A stretch of 64,000 nt of DNA from Pseudomonadota bacterium (GTDB lineage: Bacteria; Myxococcota_A; Bradymonadia; UBA4248): the NCBI GenBank assembly GCA_017464085.1, contig JAFUEE010000197.1:8711-72710 (forward strand), written 5' to 3'. Numbering within the stretch: the stretch's first letter is position 1; every line of letters starts with the position of its first letter. Both the position numbers and the translations under genes were made by a program. Shown in pieces: positions 36,623 to 44,740 of this stretch. Under the pieces are notes generated by a model. The model was not told the origin of the DNA, did no database searches, and saw nothing but the letters and a program-made list of their open reading frames with translations.

Positions 36623-39600
36623 ATGAAAAAAGAGATAACAGCATTATGTGTGGCCATGGCGGCTTTGGCTGTTGCAAGTGGTTGTGCTTCCGATTGTGAT
36701 GGCTCAGGGTGTGGCGAGAGCGTTTCAGGGAGTGAGACGGGCTTTTCGGTTCAGAGCTCGGCATTGTTCGGAGAGAATGGCGGTCTTCCGTATGACTCGG
36801 CTCCTGCCGCCATGACGATGGAGAAGACGAAGACTGGCCGTGTGAAGAATTATCAATACGGCCGTGTTGTCGCTGTCGGTGATATCGACGGGGATGGCCT
36901 TCAGGATATCGTGTCGAGCGGGGGCGGATATTTTGCGCACAGCCAGGTGGTTGTGAAATACGGCTCGAAAGAAGATCCGTATTCCTATTATTTCAACAAT
37001 TCCCCGACATCGGATGAGAAGGATTATTTCGGCGCAGCGCTTGCTGTGGGCAAGTTCTGTCCGAATCTGGTGGATGGCGATATCATCGTGGCATCCGCGC
37101 CCGGGCGAAGCATGTTCCGCGGCGCGTTCGGCCTGATTTATCGCGACAAATCCAATGTTGTGCAGACGCAGCGCATGCTGACGAACGACGGCGCGGAATT
37201 GGAAGCCCCGGGCGTCGCGCTTGCCGTGGGTGATGTGAACGGCGATGGCAAGGCCGATCTGGTGTTCCAGTCGACGCCGATGACGAACGGTGGTGCTGCG
37301 TATCTTGAGCCGAAAGTGAGTGTCGTGCTCGATATGTGCGGCATCAACGGCAATTACAAGGTTGCGGATTCGATCACGGCCGCTTCGAATACGAACAATC
37401 TCGGCGGCGCTATCTATATCAAGGATCTGGATGGCAAGGGCTCGCCCGAGATTATTATTGTCGACAACTCCTATAAGCATCCGGAATATCCGGATATTGC
37501 CCCGAGCGGCGCGATTTATTTCTATAAGTTCCAGAACGGAAAGCTCGTGCAGTCGCGCGACATGCTTCTCGGCGATGTGAACGCCGAGAGCGAGGGCTCG
37601 AAGGCCGGCGCGCAGATCACGGCGGTCGAATTCTCTGATATTGATGGCGATGGAGACCTGGACCTGATCGTCGGAGAGCCGATGTTTATTACGAGCGGCA
37701 AGCGCGAAGGCCGCGTGCGCACCTATACGAATGCCGGCGTCGGCAAGGCATTCGATTCAAAAGTCAAGGCATGGTCATTCGCGCCCGGTCATTCGAATTA
37801 TCGCTTCGGCTCGTCTCTGAAAGTCGCAGATCTGAACTATGACGGCGTGGACGACCTGATTGTCGGCGCGCCTGGATATTCCAATGGCAATGAGAACGCG
37901 CAGAGCCATGTGTTTGTCTTTATGGGGACAAAAGACGGCTCGGTTTTCTCAGTCAACAAGGGGGCGGCATTCTGGAGCTATACAAATCCGGTCGCCGCGA
38001 CGCAGTTTGAAGATTTCGGCCGTTCGCTTGCGGCTGCAGATCTTGACAAGAAAGGCTGGCTCGACCTGATTGTTGGCGCGCCTCAGGACAGCGGCAAGGA
38101 AAGCGGTAAGAAATATGGCCGTATCGATGTCTTTAGTGAGACAAACGGCTTCTGCTATACGGCGGATCGCTGCCTTGTCGATGGCAAATGTTATGAGCCG
38201 TCCGAGGTTTCCTCTGATTCCAAATGCATGGTGTGCGATCCGAAACAAGACAATTTCGGATTTTCCGCTCTTGTCTGCGAGGATAAAGAGGATGATTGCC
38301 ACAAGGGCAGCACCTGTGACCCGCAGATGGGCTGCGTCCTTCTGAACAAGCCCGATGGCACGGCATGTGGCAAGAATTCCTGCAGCAAATCCAACGCACT
38401 CATCTCGAAATCATGCCATTCAGGCATCTGCACCTCGAATTCGCCTGTTTCGTGCGGCGATTACGTGTGCGATGCATCGCTGACTTCCTGCCCGACATCG
38501 TGCAAGAGCGACAGCGAATGCATGAACGGCTATAAATGCCGTGACAGCGTCTGTTCGGCCAATGGCGCGCCTGTGATCACGCTCGCGCCCGAGTTCTCGG
38601 TTGTTCGAGGCCGTTCGGTCAAGCTTTCCGCGACGGCGGTCGACCCCGATGGCGATGATATGGTCTATAGCTGGTCGGCCGAACCAGCGGATGGTATCAA
38701 GTTCACCAATGATAGTACGCTGACGCCGACAGTTGCGGTGGCCTCGGCGATCAAAGGCGGTTCGGAATATACGATCACGCTGAACGTCAAGGATAAGAAC
38801 AATCAGCCCGCGACGGCTTCGGCAAAGACAAAGCTCGTGGTCCTCGGCGGCAAGATCGAGATTGTGTCGCCCGCCGACAACAGCGTGCTGACGACTTCCG
38901 AGATCACATTCTCTGGCACGACAAATCTCGCCGGAATGATCACGCTCAACGACAGCAAGGCCGGCAAGATCTGCGAAGCCCAGGCGAAGAACAACAAGTG
39001 GTCATGCTCGAAGCAGCTGACGGCAGGTGCCTACGAAATCGTGGCGTCTTGGAACAGCGACAAGACTGAGAAATCTGACGCGCTCCACCTGACAGTCAAG
39101 GATCCCGTGCCGGATAACAAGCCGCCTGTCATCGATATGCCGTCGGAACTGAACGGCATTCCTGGGGAGGTGCTCACCATTGACGCATCCAAGTCTTCCG
39201 ATCCCGATGGGGACAAGATTTCGTTCGAGTGGCTCGGCGATTTCGTGACGATGCTCTCCAGCACGACCGACGCGAAGGTCAGCTTCACGATTCCATCGGA
39301 TGCAGTGGCGGGCACGGTTTATACAGTCGCGCTCCGCGTCACGGACGAAAAGGGTGATTCCGCCGTTTCGTCGATCAATATCATCGTCGCGCCGCACACC
39401 TATTCGGTCGTGATCGATCATCCGACAGACGGAGCAGTGCTCAACGACAGCCCGCTCGTTTCCGGCACCACGGACTGGACGCAGATGGTCGCCGTTGTGG
39501 ATGACAAGGATAATGTCCTCTGCACCGCACAGCCCCAGGATGGCATCTGGTCCTGTAACCCCGGTCTGGACTTTGGCGAATGGACGATTCGCGCATATCT

Positions 39601-40966
39601 CGATGGCTCTGAGCCGGGGATCTATTCTGACGAGGTCAAGTTCACGATTGCCAGCGTTGCGGTCAATGAAGCGCCTGTCGTTGTGCTCAATGAGAGTTAT
39701 GAGGGCATTCCTGGACAGTCGCTTGTGCTCGATGCTTCCAAGTCGTATGATCCCGAAGGCAGCATCTTGAGGGTCGAGTGGAGCGGCGCTTTTGCTGATC
39801 TCCTCTCTGATAAAAATATTGCCGCGCCTACGTTCATGGTTCCGTTCGGCACGGAGGCTGGCACGATGTTCGATTTCACTGTGACGATGACGGATGCGGA
39901 TGGCCTCTCGAGCACTGGCAAGACGACTGTGAAAGCGCTTCCCGGGGAGGATCAGCCTTATCATGTCACGATTGTCAGCCCGGAGGATGGCGCAGGCGTG
40001 GACAGCAAGCTCTCGATTTCCGGCACGGCAACCGCAGATACGAACGTGGTCGTACGCGATGACGCGGACAAGGAGCTTTGTTCGGCGACCTCTGATGATC
40101 TCGGTGCTTGGACGTGCGAAGCGACGCTCGCTGCTGGGGAGCACACGTTCTATGCATATCTGATGTCTTCGGATGGGGAGTCCCTCATGATGTCGAACCG
40201 CGTGACAGTCACGGTGGCTGAAGCCGTGCTTCCGGTGCCTGTGATCACCTATCCGACGAGCGGTTCCGTGATTTCGGTCCGTCCGGGCGTCGAAGGCACG
40301 GTGGCTGCTTCTGAGGGCATTGTCTCTGTCTGGTCAGTCGAGGGCGGCCTTTCCGCGCTGGTGTGCGAAGCTGATGTCGGATTTGACGGGACGTGGAAAT
40401 GCATGGCTGGCTATAACCTCAAGTATGACAATGCGTACACGTTTGGCGCGCGCTATCAGCTCAGCAAGGAAAACACCAGGATGGGCGATATGTCAGAAGA
40501 AGTCAGCGTGAGGACTCAGCCTGAGGAAGTCGCGGACATCAAGATCACGTCTCCGGCAAATGGCAGCCGCATTCCTTCGGATCACCCGGTGATTTTCGGC
40601 GGCACGGCAGAGCCGACGACGATTGTCGATGTCTATATTTCTGATGACAATGGCGTTTCCTGGAAGGTTGCCTGCACGGCATCGACTGGCGAAAGCGGCA
40701 ACTGGGCATGCGAAGACAGCTATCTGCTGGGCGGCAGCTATATCGTCTATGCCGATGATTCACGTGACAGCAAGGTCATCGAGTCCACGCGTGTTTCTTT
40801 CGAGGTCTATGATGCGCCTGATATTTCCGGGGATGACGATCATGCGCACAATGCCAAGGGCGGTTCGTGCTCGGTGGCGCCTGTTTCCGGCGGCGCTTTC
40901 GGCTGGATGTTCCTGCTCGCGGGATTTGTCGGTGCTGGCGTGATTCGCCGCCGCCGTCTTTCCTAA
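36623..40966 (+). CDS. Giant surface protein with four regions: FG-GAP/VCBS beta-propeller repeats; a Cys-rich module; PKD/Ig-like repeats; and a MYXO-CTERM-like tail
   Basis: Lipobox AVASGC. Multiple DxDGDG FG-GAP motifs (GDIDGDGLQD, GDVNGDGKAD, SDIDGDGDLD, ADLNYDGVDD). Cys-rich block at about 38150-38555. Alternating PKD-like (DPDGD) and Ig-like domains. The C-terminus GGSCSVAPVSGGAFGWMFLLAGFVGAGVIRRRRLS is a Cys-containing motif followed by a TM helix and an Arg cluster. The third in-frame ATG (36623) is preferred because GGAG precedes it; ATG 36611 is an alternative. Confidence 0.85.
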   Translation: MKKEITALCVAMAALAVASGCASDCDGSGCGESVSGSETGFSVQSSALFGENGGLPYDSAPAAMTMEKTKTGRVKNYQYGRVVAVGDIDGDGLQDIVSSGGGYFAHSQVVVKYGSKEDPYSYYFNNSPTSDEKDYFGAALAVGKFCPNLVDGDIIVASAPGRSMFRGAFGLIYRDKSNVVQTQRMLTNDGAELEAPGVALAVGDVNGDGKADLVFQSTPMTNGGAAYLEPKVSVVLDMCGINGNYKVADSITAASNTNNLGGAIYIKDLDGKGSPEIIIVDNSYKHPEYPDIAPSGAIYFYKFQNGKLVQSRDMLLGDVNAESEGSKAGAQITAVEFSDIDGDGDLDLIVGEPMFITSGKREGRVRTYTNAGVGKAFDSKVKAWSFAPGHSNYRFGSSLKVADLNYDGVDDLIVGAPGYSNGNENAQSHVFVFMGTKDGSVFSVNKGAAFWSYTNPVAATQFEDFGRSLAAADLDKKGWLDLIVGAPQDSGKESGKKYGRIDVFSETNGFCYTADRCLVDGKCYEPSEVSSDSKCMVCDPKQDNFGFSALVCEDKEDDCHKGSTCDPQMGCVLLNKPDGTACGKNSCSKSNALISKSCHSGICTSNSPVSCGDYVCDASLTSCPTSCKSDSECMNGYKCRDSVCSANGAPVITLAPEFSVVRGRSVKLSATAVDPDGDDMVYSWSAEPADGIKFTNDSTLTPTVAVASAIKGGSEYTITLNVKDKNNQPATASAKTKLVVLGGKIEIVSPADNSVLTTSEITFSGTTNLAGMITLNDSKAGKICEAQAKNNKWSCSKQLTAGAYEIVASWNSDKTEKSDALHLTVKDPVPDNKPPVIDMPSELNGIPGEVLTIDASKSSDPDGDKISFEWLGDFVTMLSSTTDAKVSFTIPSDAVAGTVYTVALRVTDEKGDSAVSSINIIVAPHTYSVVIDHPTDGAVLNDSPLVSGTTDWTQMVAVVDDKDNVLCTAQPQDGIWSCNPGLDFGEWTIRAYLDGSEPGIYSDEVKFTIASVAVNEAPVVVLNESYEGIPGQSLVLDASKSYDPEGSILRVEWSGAFADLLSDKNIAAPTFMVPFGTEAGTMFDFTVTMTDADGLSSTGKTTVKALPGEDQPYHVTIVSPEDGAGVDSKLSISGTATADTNVVVRDDADKELCSATSDDLGAWTCEATLAAGEHTFYAYLMSSDGESLMMSNRVTVTVAEAVLPVPVITYPTSGSVISVRPGVEGTVAASEGIVSVWSVEGGLSALVCEADVGFDGTWKCMAGYNLKYDNAYTFGARYQLSKENTRMGDMSEEVSVRTQPEEVADIKITSPANGSRIPSDHPVIFGGTAEPTTIVDVYISDDNGVSWKVACTASTGESGNWACEDSYLLGGSYIVYADDSRDSKVIESTRVSFEVYDAPDISGDDDHAHNAKGGSCSVAPVSGGAFGWMFLLAGFVGAGVIRRRRLS

Positions 40967-40972
40967 AACGTG

Positions 40973-40997
40973 AAAGCCGCCTTCGGGCGGCTTTTTT
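40973..40997 (+). terminator. Rho-independent terminator after the FG-GAP gene
   Basis: aaagccgc-cttcgg-gcggc followed by T6, 7 nt after the stop. Confidence 0.8.
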
Positions 40998-41080
40998 AGT
41001 CTGTGATGCTGCCCAGGCGCAGGTTTCAGGGCGCTTTGCCTGACTGTCTGGCGCGTGTTTTACAGAAACAACAAAAAAAG

Positions 41081-41108
41081 TTGAAATCCTGCGACATGTA
41101 GGTATAGT
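41081..41108 (+). promoter_or_regulatory. Candidate sigma70-type promoter of the small ORF
   Basis: TTGAAA (41081-86), 16 nt spacer, TATAGT (41103-08). Confidence 0.45.
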
Positions 41109-41144
41109 GATGTTCTGGGTGGTTGGGGGATTACCTGCTTACTC

Positions 41145-41339
41145 ATGGAGAGGCAAATGTCAGAACTCGATACTAAAAAACATCCGACCGAAGAGCCGCT
41201 TCCGCTTCTGAGCCTGAATACAAAAAATTCAGTCAGGGAGCGGGGCACAAAAGATCAGACGAATCCTGCCGAGCAGGAGGAGCTCTGGAAGCGTTCGCTG
41301 GCCTTTTTTGAACACATGAAAGCCAGTTCGAACGCCTGA
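41145..41339 (+). CDS. Small hydrophilic protein (60-64 aa), unknown function
   Basis: The ORF is bracketed by its own promoter-like element and a strong terminator. GGAGAGG precedes the internal ATG at 41157. No family recognised; it could alternatively be a non-coding RNA. Confidence 0.4.
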   Translation: MERQMSELDTKKHPTEEPLPLLSLNTKNSVRERGTKDQTNPAEQEELWKRSLAFFEHMKASSNA

Positions 41340-41360
41340 GTCGGTGTGATCGGCATACCG

Positions 41361-41388
41361 GGCCGCCCTTTTGGGGCGGCTTTTTTTT
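41361..41388 (+). terminator. Rho-independent terminator after the small ORF
   Basis: ggccgccc-tttt-ggggcggc followed by T8. Confidence 0.8.
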
Positions 41389-41455
41389 GTTTTTGATGCC
41401 GCCATGAAATCGGGCGCTGGCGGATGCGTCAGGGGGGGGGGGCGGAGAGGGGGTA

Positions 41456-41542
41456 GCGGCGTATTTCGTCTCGAAATAGCCGCGCAGGGGGAGGCTTCCC
41501 CCTGCCGGGAAAAGGCGGCGCATTTGCGCAGCAAACAGCCGC
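41456..41542. repeat. REP cluster: two bulged palindromes plus a G5/C5 hairpin
   Basis: gcggcgtatttcgtctcgaaatagccgc (41456-41483); cagggggaggcttccccctg (41484-41503); ggcggcgcatttgcgcagcaaacagccgc (41514-42, degenerate). Confidence 0.75.
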
Positions 41543-41605
41543 AAGTGCTTGATTTGTACGGAAACGCGCGGGATCTTCCGGATCATTTGGCGTCATGTGC
41601 CGGGG

Positions 41606-42295
41606 CTATGCCGGCAGTCTGGAGAGCAGGGATGCGCGCGCTTCAAGCTCGGGGGCGTCGCGCAGGATGGCGTCCAGGTGAGCGAGGCTTGGGGCTTGGC
41701 CTGTCTTGAGGGCGAAAGCGTCCAGGCAGAGCGTGTAGAACGGGTCGTCGGCCTCATTCTGGCGGAAAAAGTCGAGGATTGCCGGAAGATCTTCATGCCC
41801 GGTCATATCTTGCGCGAGAAGCGCGAAAGCCCACTCGCATTGGAAATCGGCATCCTCGAAGAGGCAGTTTCGAACCGGCCTGAGCGCTTTGAATGCGATT
41901 TCTGGGAGGCCGTTGTCGTTGAGCACGGCGGCGCAGTCGATGCGCAGGTCGCTTGCTGGCTCGTCGAGGCGTATGGCCTGAGCGAGGTCGGAGAGCGCGC
42001 GGTCGGTCTGCCCGTATTGGAACAGGACGTTTGCCCTGCCGATGTAGGCGGCGGGATTTTGGTGATCCAGGATGAGCAGCTTGACAAAAAACTCGAACGC
42101 GAGTTCCAGATTTCCGAGCTCGAGAGCCGTCTGTGCGATGCCCTGTACGGCTTCCTGATGGCTTGGATCCTGCTGATACGCATCCCGGTAGATGCAGAGC
42201 GCTTGGAGGATGTCCCCCTGAGCTTCGAGGCGTCGGGCGCTTTCGATGCGTTTGTCCATGAAATATGAGCCTGCGCGTGCCAAATCCTGTTGCAC
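41606..42295 (-). CDS. TPR-repeat protein
   Basis: Several 34-residue TPR units (e.g. AQGDILQALCIYRDAYQQDPSHQEA and AAYIGRANVLFQYGQTDRALSDLAQAIRLD). Confidence 0.7.
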   Translation of the reverse strand: MQQDLARAGSYFMDKRIESARRLEAQGDILQALCIYRDAYQQDPSHQEAVQGIAQTALELGNLELAFEFFVKLLILDHQNPAAYIGRANVLFQYGQTDRALSDLAQAIRLDEPASDLRIDCAAVLNDNGLPEIAFKALRPVRNCLFEDADFQCEWAFALLAQDMTGHEDLPAILDFFRQNEADDPFYTLCLDAFALKTGQAPSLAHLDAILRDAPELEARASLLSRLPA

Positions 42296-42456
42296 GCATG
42301 TGTTTGCGTCAAATCCTTATGCGCGGTGAGTCATGTTGAGCACGAGAACTCCGAGTGGAATTCGAGCGGATAGATATCGCAGGGGGCGCAAAAGGCAAAT
42401 TTTGGATTGACTGTGCGGCGTGCGTTCCTGGGAAAGCGTGCGCGCGTGTCTGTTGA

Positions 42457-42512
42457 GGGGGGACGCCCCCCTTCGGCGCTATTTTCGCCGCTTTGCGTCT
42501 CAAATACGCGCC
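42457..42512. repeat. G6/C6 hairpin plus a REP-like palindrome
   Basis: ggggggacgcccccc (42457-42471) and ggcgctattttcgccgctttgcgtctcaaatacgcgcc (42475-42512). Confidence 0.6.
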
Positions 42513-42640
42513 TGCCCCCCGTGCGGGGACACCCCGCAACGCCCCGTCCGGGCGGCTTCGCCGATGCTTGGCGCTGGCGCGTCCGGATGGCTGTATCGTG
42601 GCTGAATGATGTGATATTTTTGAATCATATCCGTTGAATC

Positions 42641-42670
42641 TTGAATGTATCATGTGAAATCGGGTATAAT
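42641..42670 (+). promoter_or_regulatory. Candidate promoter of the alpha-glucan locus
   Basis: TTGAAT (42641-46), 18 nt spacer, TATAAT (42665-70). Two further TTGAATC direct repeats precede it, at 42620 and 42634. Confidence 0.45.
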
Positions 42671-42731
42671 ACGAGGCGGTTTGTAGTGCGCTTTCGGGCG
42701 CGCTTGATGCAAAGGGCAAGTGGAGGTGTGC

Positions 42732-44708
42732 ATGCGTAGATCGGCTTTCGGCCTGATCCTTCTTGGAGCTGTGGTGTGCGGCTGCGATGATTCCAACATG
42801 ACCGGGAGTGTGTGTGACCTGGAGTGCGGTCATGGGGCTTGTTTTATGCAGGTGACGAAAGAGAAGTGCCTGTGTGACGACGGTTATTCTGAAGACGCGC
42901 TTGGCATGTGCACGATCGCGCGCGCGCCCTATCTCATGCTCGATGCGAAACCTTCCGTATCCGGTGCGCATGTATCTTTCAGCGGCCGTCTTGTCGACGT
43001 GGCAGCGTCGCTGGCATCTCCGACAGTGATTGTCCGCAAGGACGGCGATGTCGTTGGGCGTTTTCAGACGCCTTCATTTACGTTCAGCGACGATATGGGC
43101 AGTGCCCGCAAGGCATCATATACGGTGGAAGTCGCGCAGAATTATGATGTGGAGCCTCTTTATGTGCCCGTCTGGCATGAGGAGACGCTTTTTGACTGGC
43201 GCGATGCGGTCATGTATTTCGCCTTTATCGACAGGTTCAGCAACGGCGACACGTCGAATGATGCGAAGATCGGCGTTCAGTATGACTGGATGGGCGGTGA
43301 TTTCGCCGGGCTGAAGTCGGTCGTCGAATCGGGATATTTCACGGATCTCGGGGTCAACGCGCTCTGGATCTCGTCGGTGAGCATGAATTCGCAGAAAGCG
43401 TCGGGCCAGATGAGCGCCTATCATTCTTATTGGCCGCTGACGACAGGTTATACGGACAAGACGGCGTCTATTTTTTCGGGCGCGTATTCGAACAATGTGC
43501 CGATTACGCCGATAGAGCCGCATTTCGGGACGCTCGAGGAGCTTAAAGCGCTCGTGAGATCTTGCCATGACCGCGGGATTCGCGTGCTCGTCGATTTTGC
43601 TGTGAACCATGTCGAGGAAGACAGCCCGGTCTATAAGCTTCACCCAGACTGGTTCAACGGCGTGGACGTGGCGGACCGCGATTCGATTCTCTGCGAGGGC
43701 CCGCATGACAGCCAGCAGAACTGGAACATCATTCCCGAGACATGCTGGTTCGGCCCGAATCTTCCCGATTTCAACTACAACAAGCAGGAAGTGCGCGAAT
43801 TTGTGCTCGACCATGCCAGATGGCTCGTGCGCACCACGGGAATCGACGGATTTCGTCTCGATGCGGTCAAGCACATGCCGATGCAGATGATTCGCGACTT
43901 GCGCGCGGCGATGGACGAGCTCTATCAGTACAGCGACATTCCGTTCTATATGGTCGGGGAGACGTTCGACGGCGTGGACAAGATCAAGCAGTATATCGGG
44001 GACACGATGCTGCACGGGCAGTTTGATTTTCCGCTGTATAATACGATTCGCGGCACGATCATGAACGGCGACGGGAAATTCTGGGATCTGAAGGATTTTG
44101 TCGCGTGGAACGACACGACATACGGCTCGGCGCTGATGAGCACGTTCCTGGGCAACCACGATGTGGCGCGCGCGATCTCGCATATCCACCATGACAGCGA
44201 GGAGAAGTACGGCAACAATCCCGAGGTGGGGGACGCCTGGGCATATCGCCAGCTCAAGCTCGCGTGGACATTCTTGATGACGAGCCCGATGATTCCGCTG
44301 ATTTATTACGGGGATGAGTATGGCCTTGAGGGCGCGAACGATCCGGACAACCGCCGCATGATGGAGTTCGGGGACGCGCTGAACCCGAATCAGCAGGAGA
44401 CGCTGCAGCTCGTTCGGAAGCTTGGCCAGATCCGCCGTCAGCATCCGGCGCTGAGCCGGGGCAAGCGTCAGACTGTCGATGCCTATGACAGGTCTTATAC
44501 CTATGTCATGCGCGATGAGAATGAGACGATTCTCGTCGGGATCAATGACAGCGATGAGCCTCAGACCTATAACCTGCCCGAGCGTGGCGTGAATGCGGGC
44601 GCGAACGGCTGGATCGATCTGCTCGATGAGTCGAACGTGATTTCGGAAACGACAAGCGTGACGTTGACCAAAGACCGCCAGATTATTGTCTGGAAGGAAA
44701 AGAAGTGA
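42732..44708 (+). CDS. Secreted GH13 alpha-amylase-family lipoprotein
   Basis: ATG 42732 follows GGAGG. Lipobox AVVCGC. GH13 conserved regions VDFAVNHV, GFRLDAVKHM, MVGETFDG and FLGNHDVAR. Confidence 0.85.
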   Translation: MRRSAFGLILLGAVVCGCDDSNMTGSVCDLECGHGACFMQVTKEKCLCDDGYSEDALGMCTIARAPYLMLDAKPSVSGAHVSFSGRLVDVAASLASPTVIVRKDGDVVGRFQTPSFTFSDDMGSARKASYTVEVAQNYDVEPLYVPVWHEETLFDWRDAVMYFAFIDRFSNGDTSNDAKIGVQYDWMGGDFAGLKSVVESGYFTDLGVNALWISSVSMNSQKASGQMSAYHSYWPLTTGYTDKTASIFSGAYSNNVPITPIEPHFGTLEELKALVRSCHDRGIRVLVDFAVNHVEEDSPVYKLHPDWFNGVDVADRDSILCEGPHDSQQNWNIIPETCWFGPNLPDFNYNKQEVREFVLDHARWLVRTTGIDGFRLDAVKHMPMQMIRDLRAAMDELYQYSDIPFYMVGETFDGVDKIKQYIGDTMLHGQFDFPLYNTIRGTIMNGDGKFWDLKDFVAWNDTTYGSALMSTFLGNHDVARAISHIHHDSEEKYGNNPEVGDAWAYRQLKLAWTFLMTSPMIPLIYYGDEYGLEGANDPDNRRMMEFGDALNPNQQETLQLVRKLGQIRRQHPALSRGKRQTVDAYDRSYTYVMRDENETILVGINDSDEPQTYNLPERGVNAGANGWIDLLDESNVISETTSVTLTKDRQIIVWKEKK

Positions 44709-44740
44709 TTTGCTTAAAGGCGTTTAGCAGGAGTTGAAAC

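Noticed and set aside
41432-41442. G11 homopolymer (and a G9 at 23444-23452) as a possible slipped-strand phase-variation switch
   Set aside because: The G11 tract lies in a convergent, terminator-filled gap between two gene ends, so it cannot affect a promoter or reading frame. The G9 tract also lies in a non-coding gap, more than 90 bp upstream of the recN promoter elements, with no obvious target. Noted only as sequencing-error-prone tracts.
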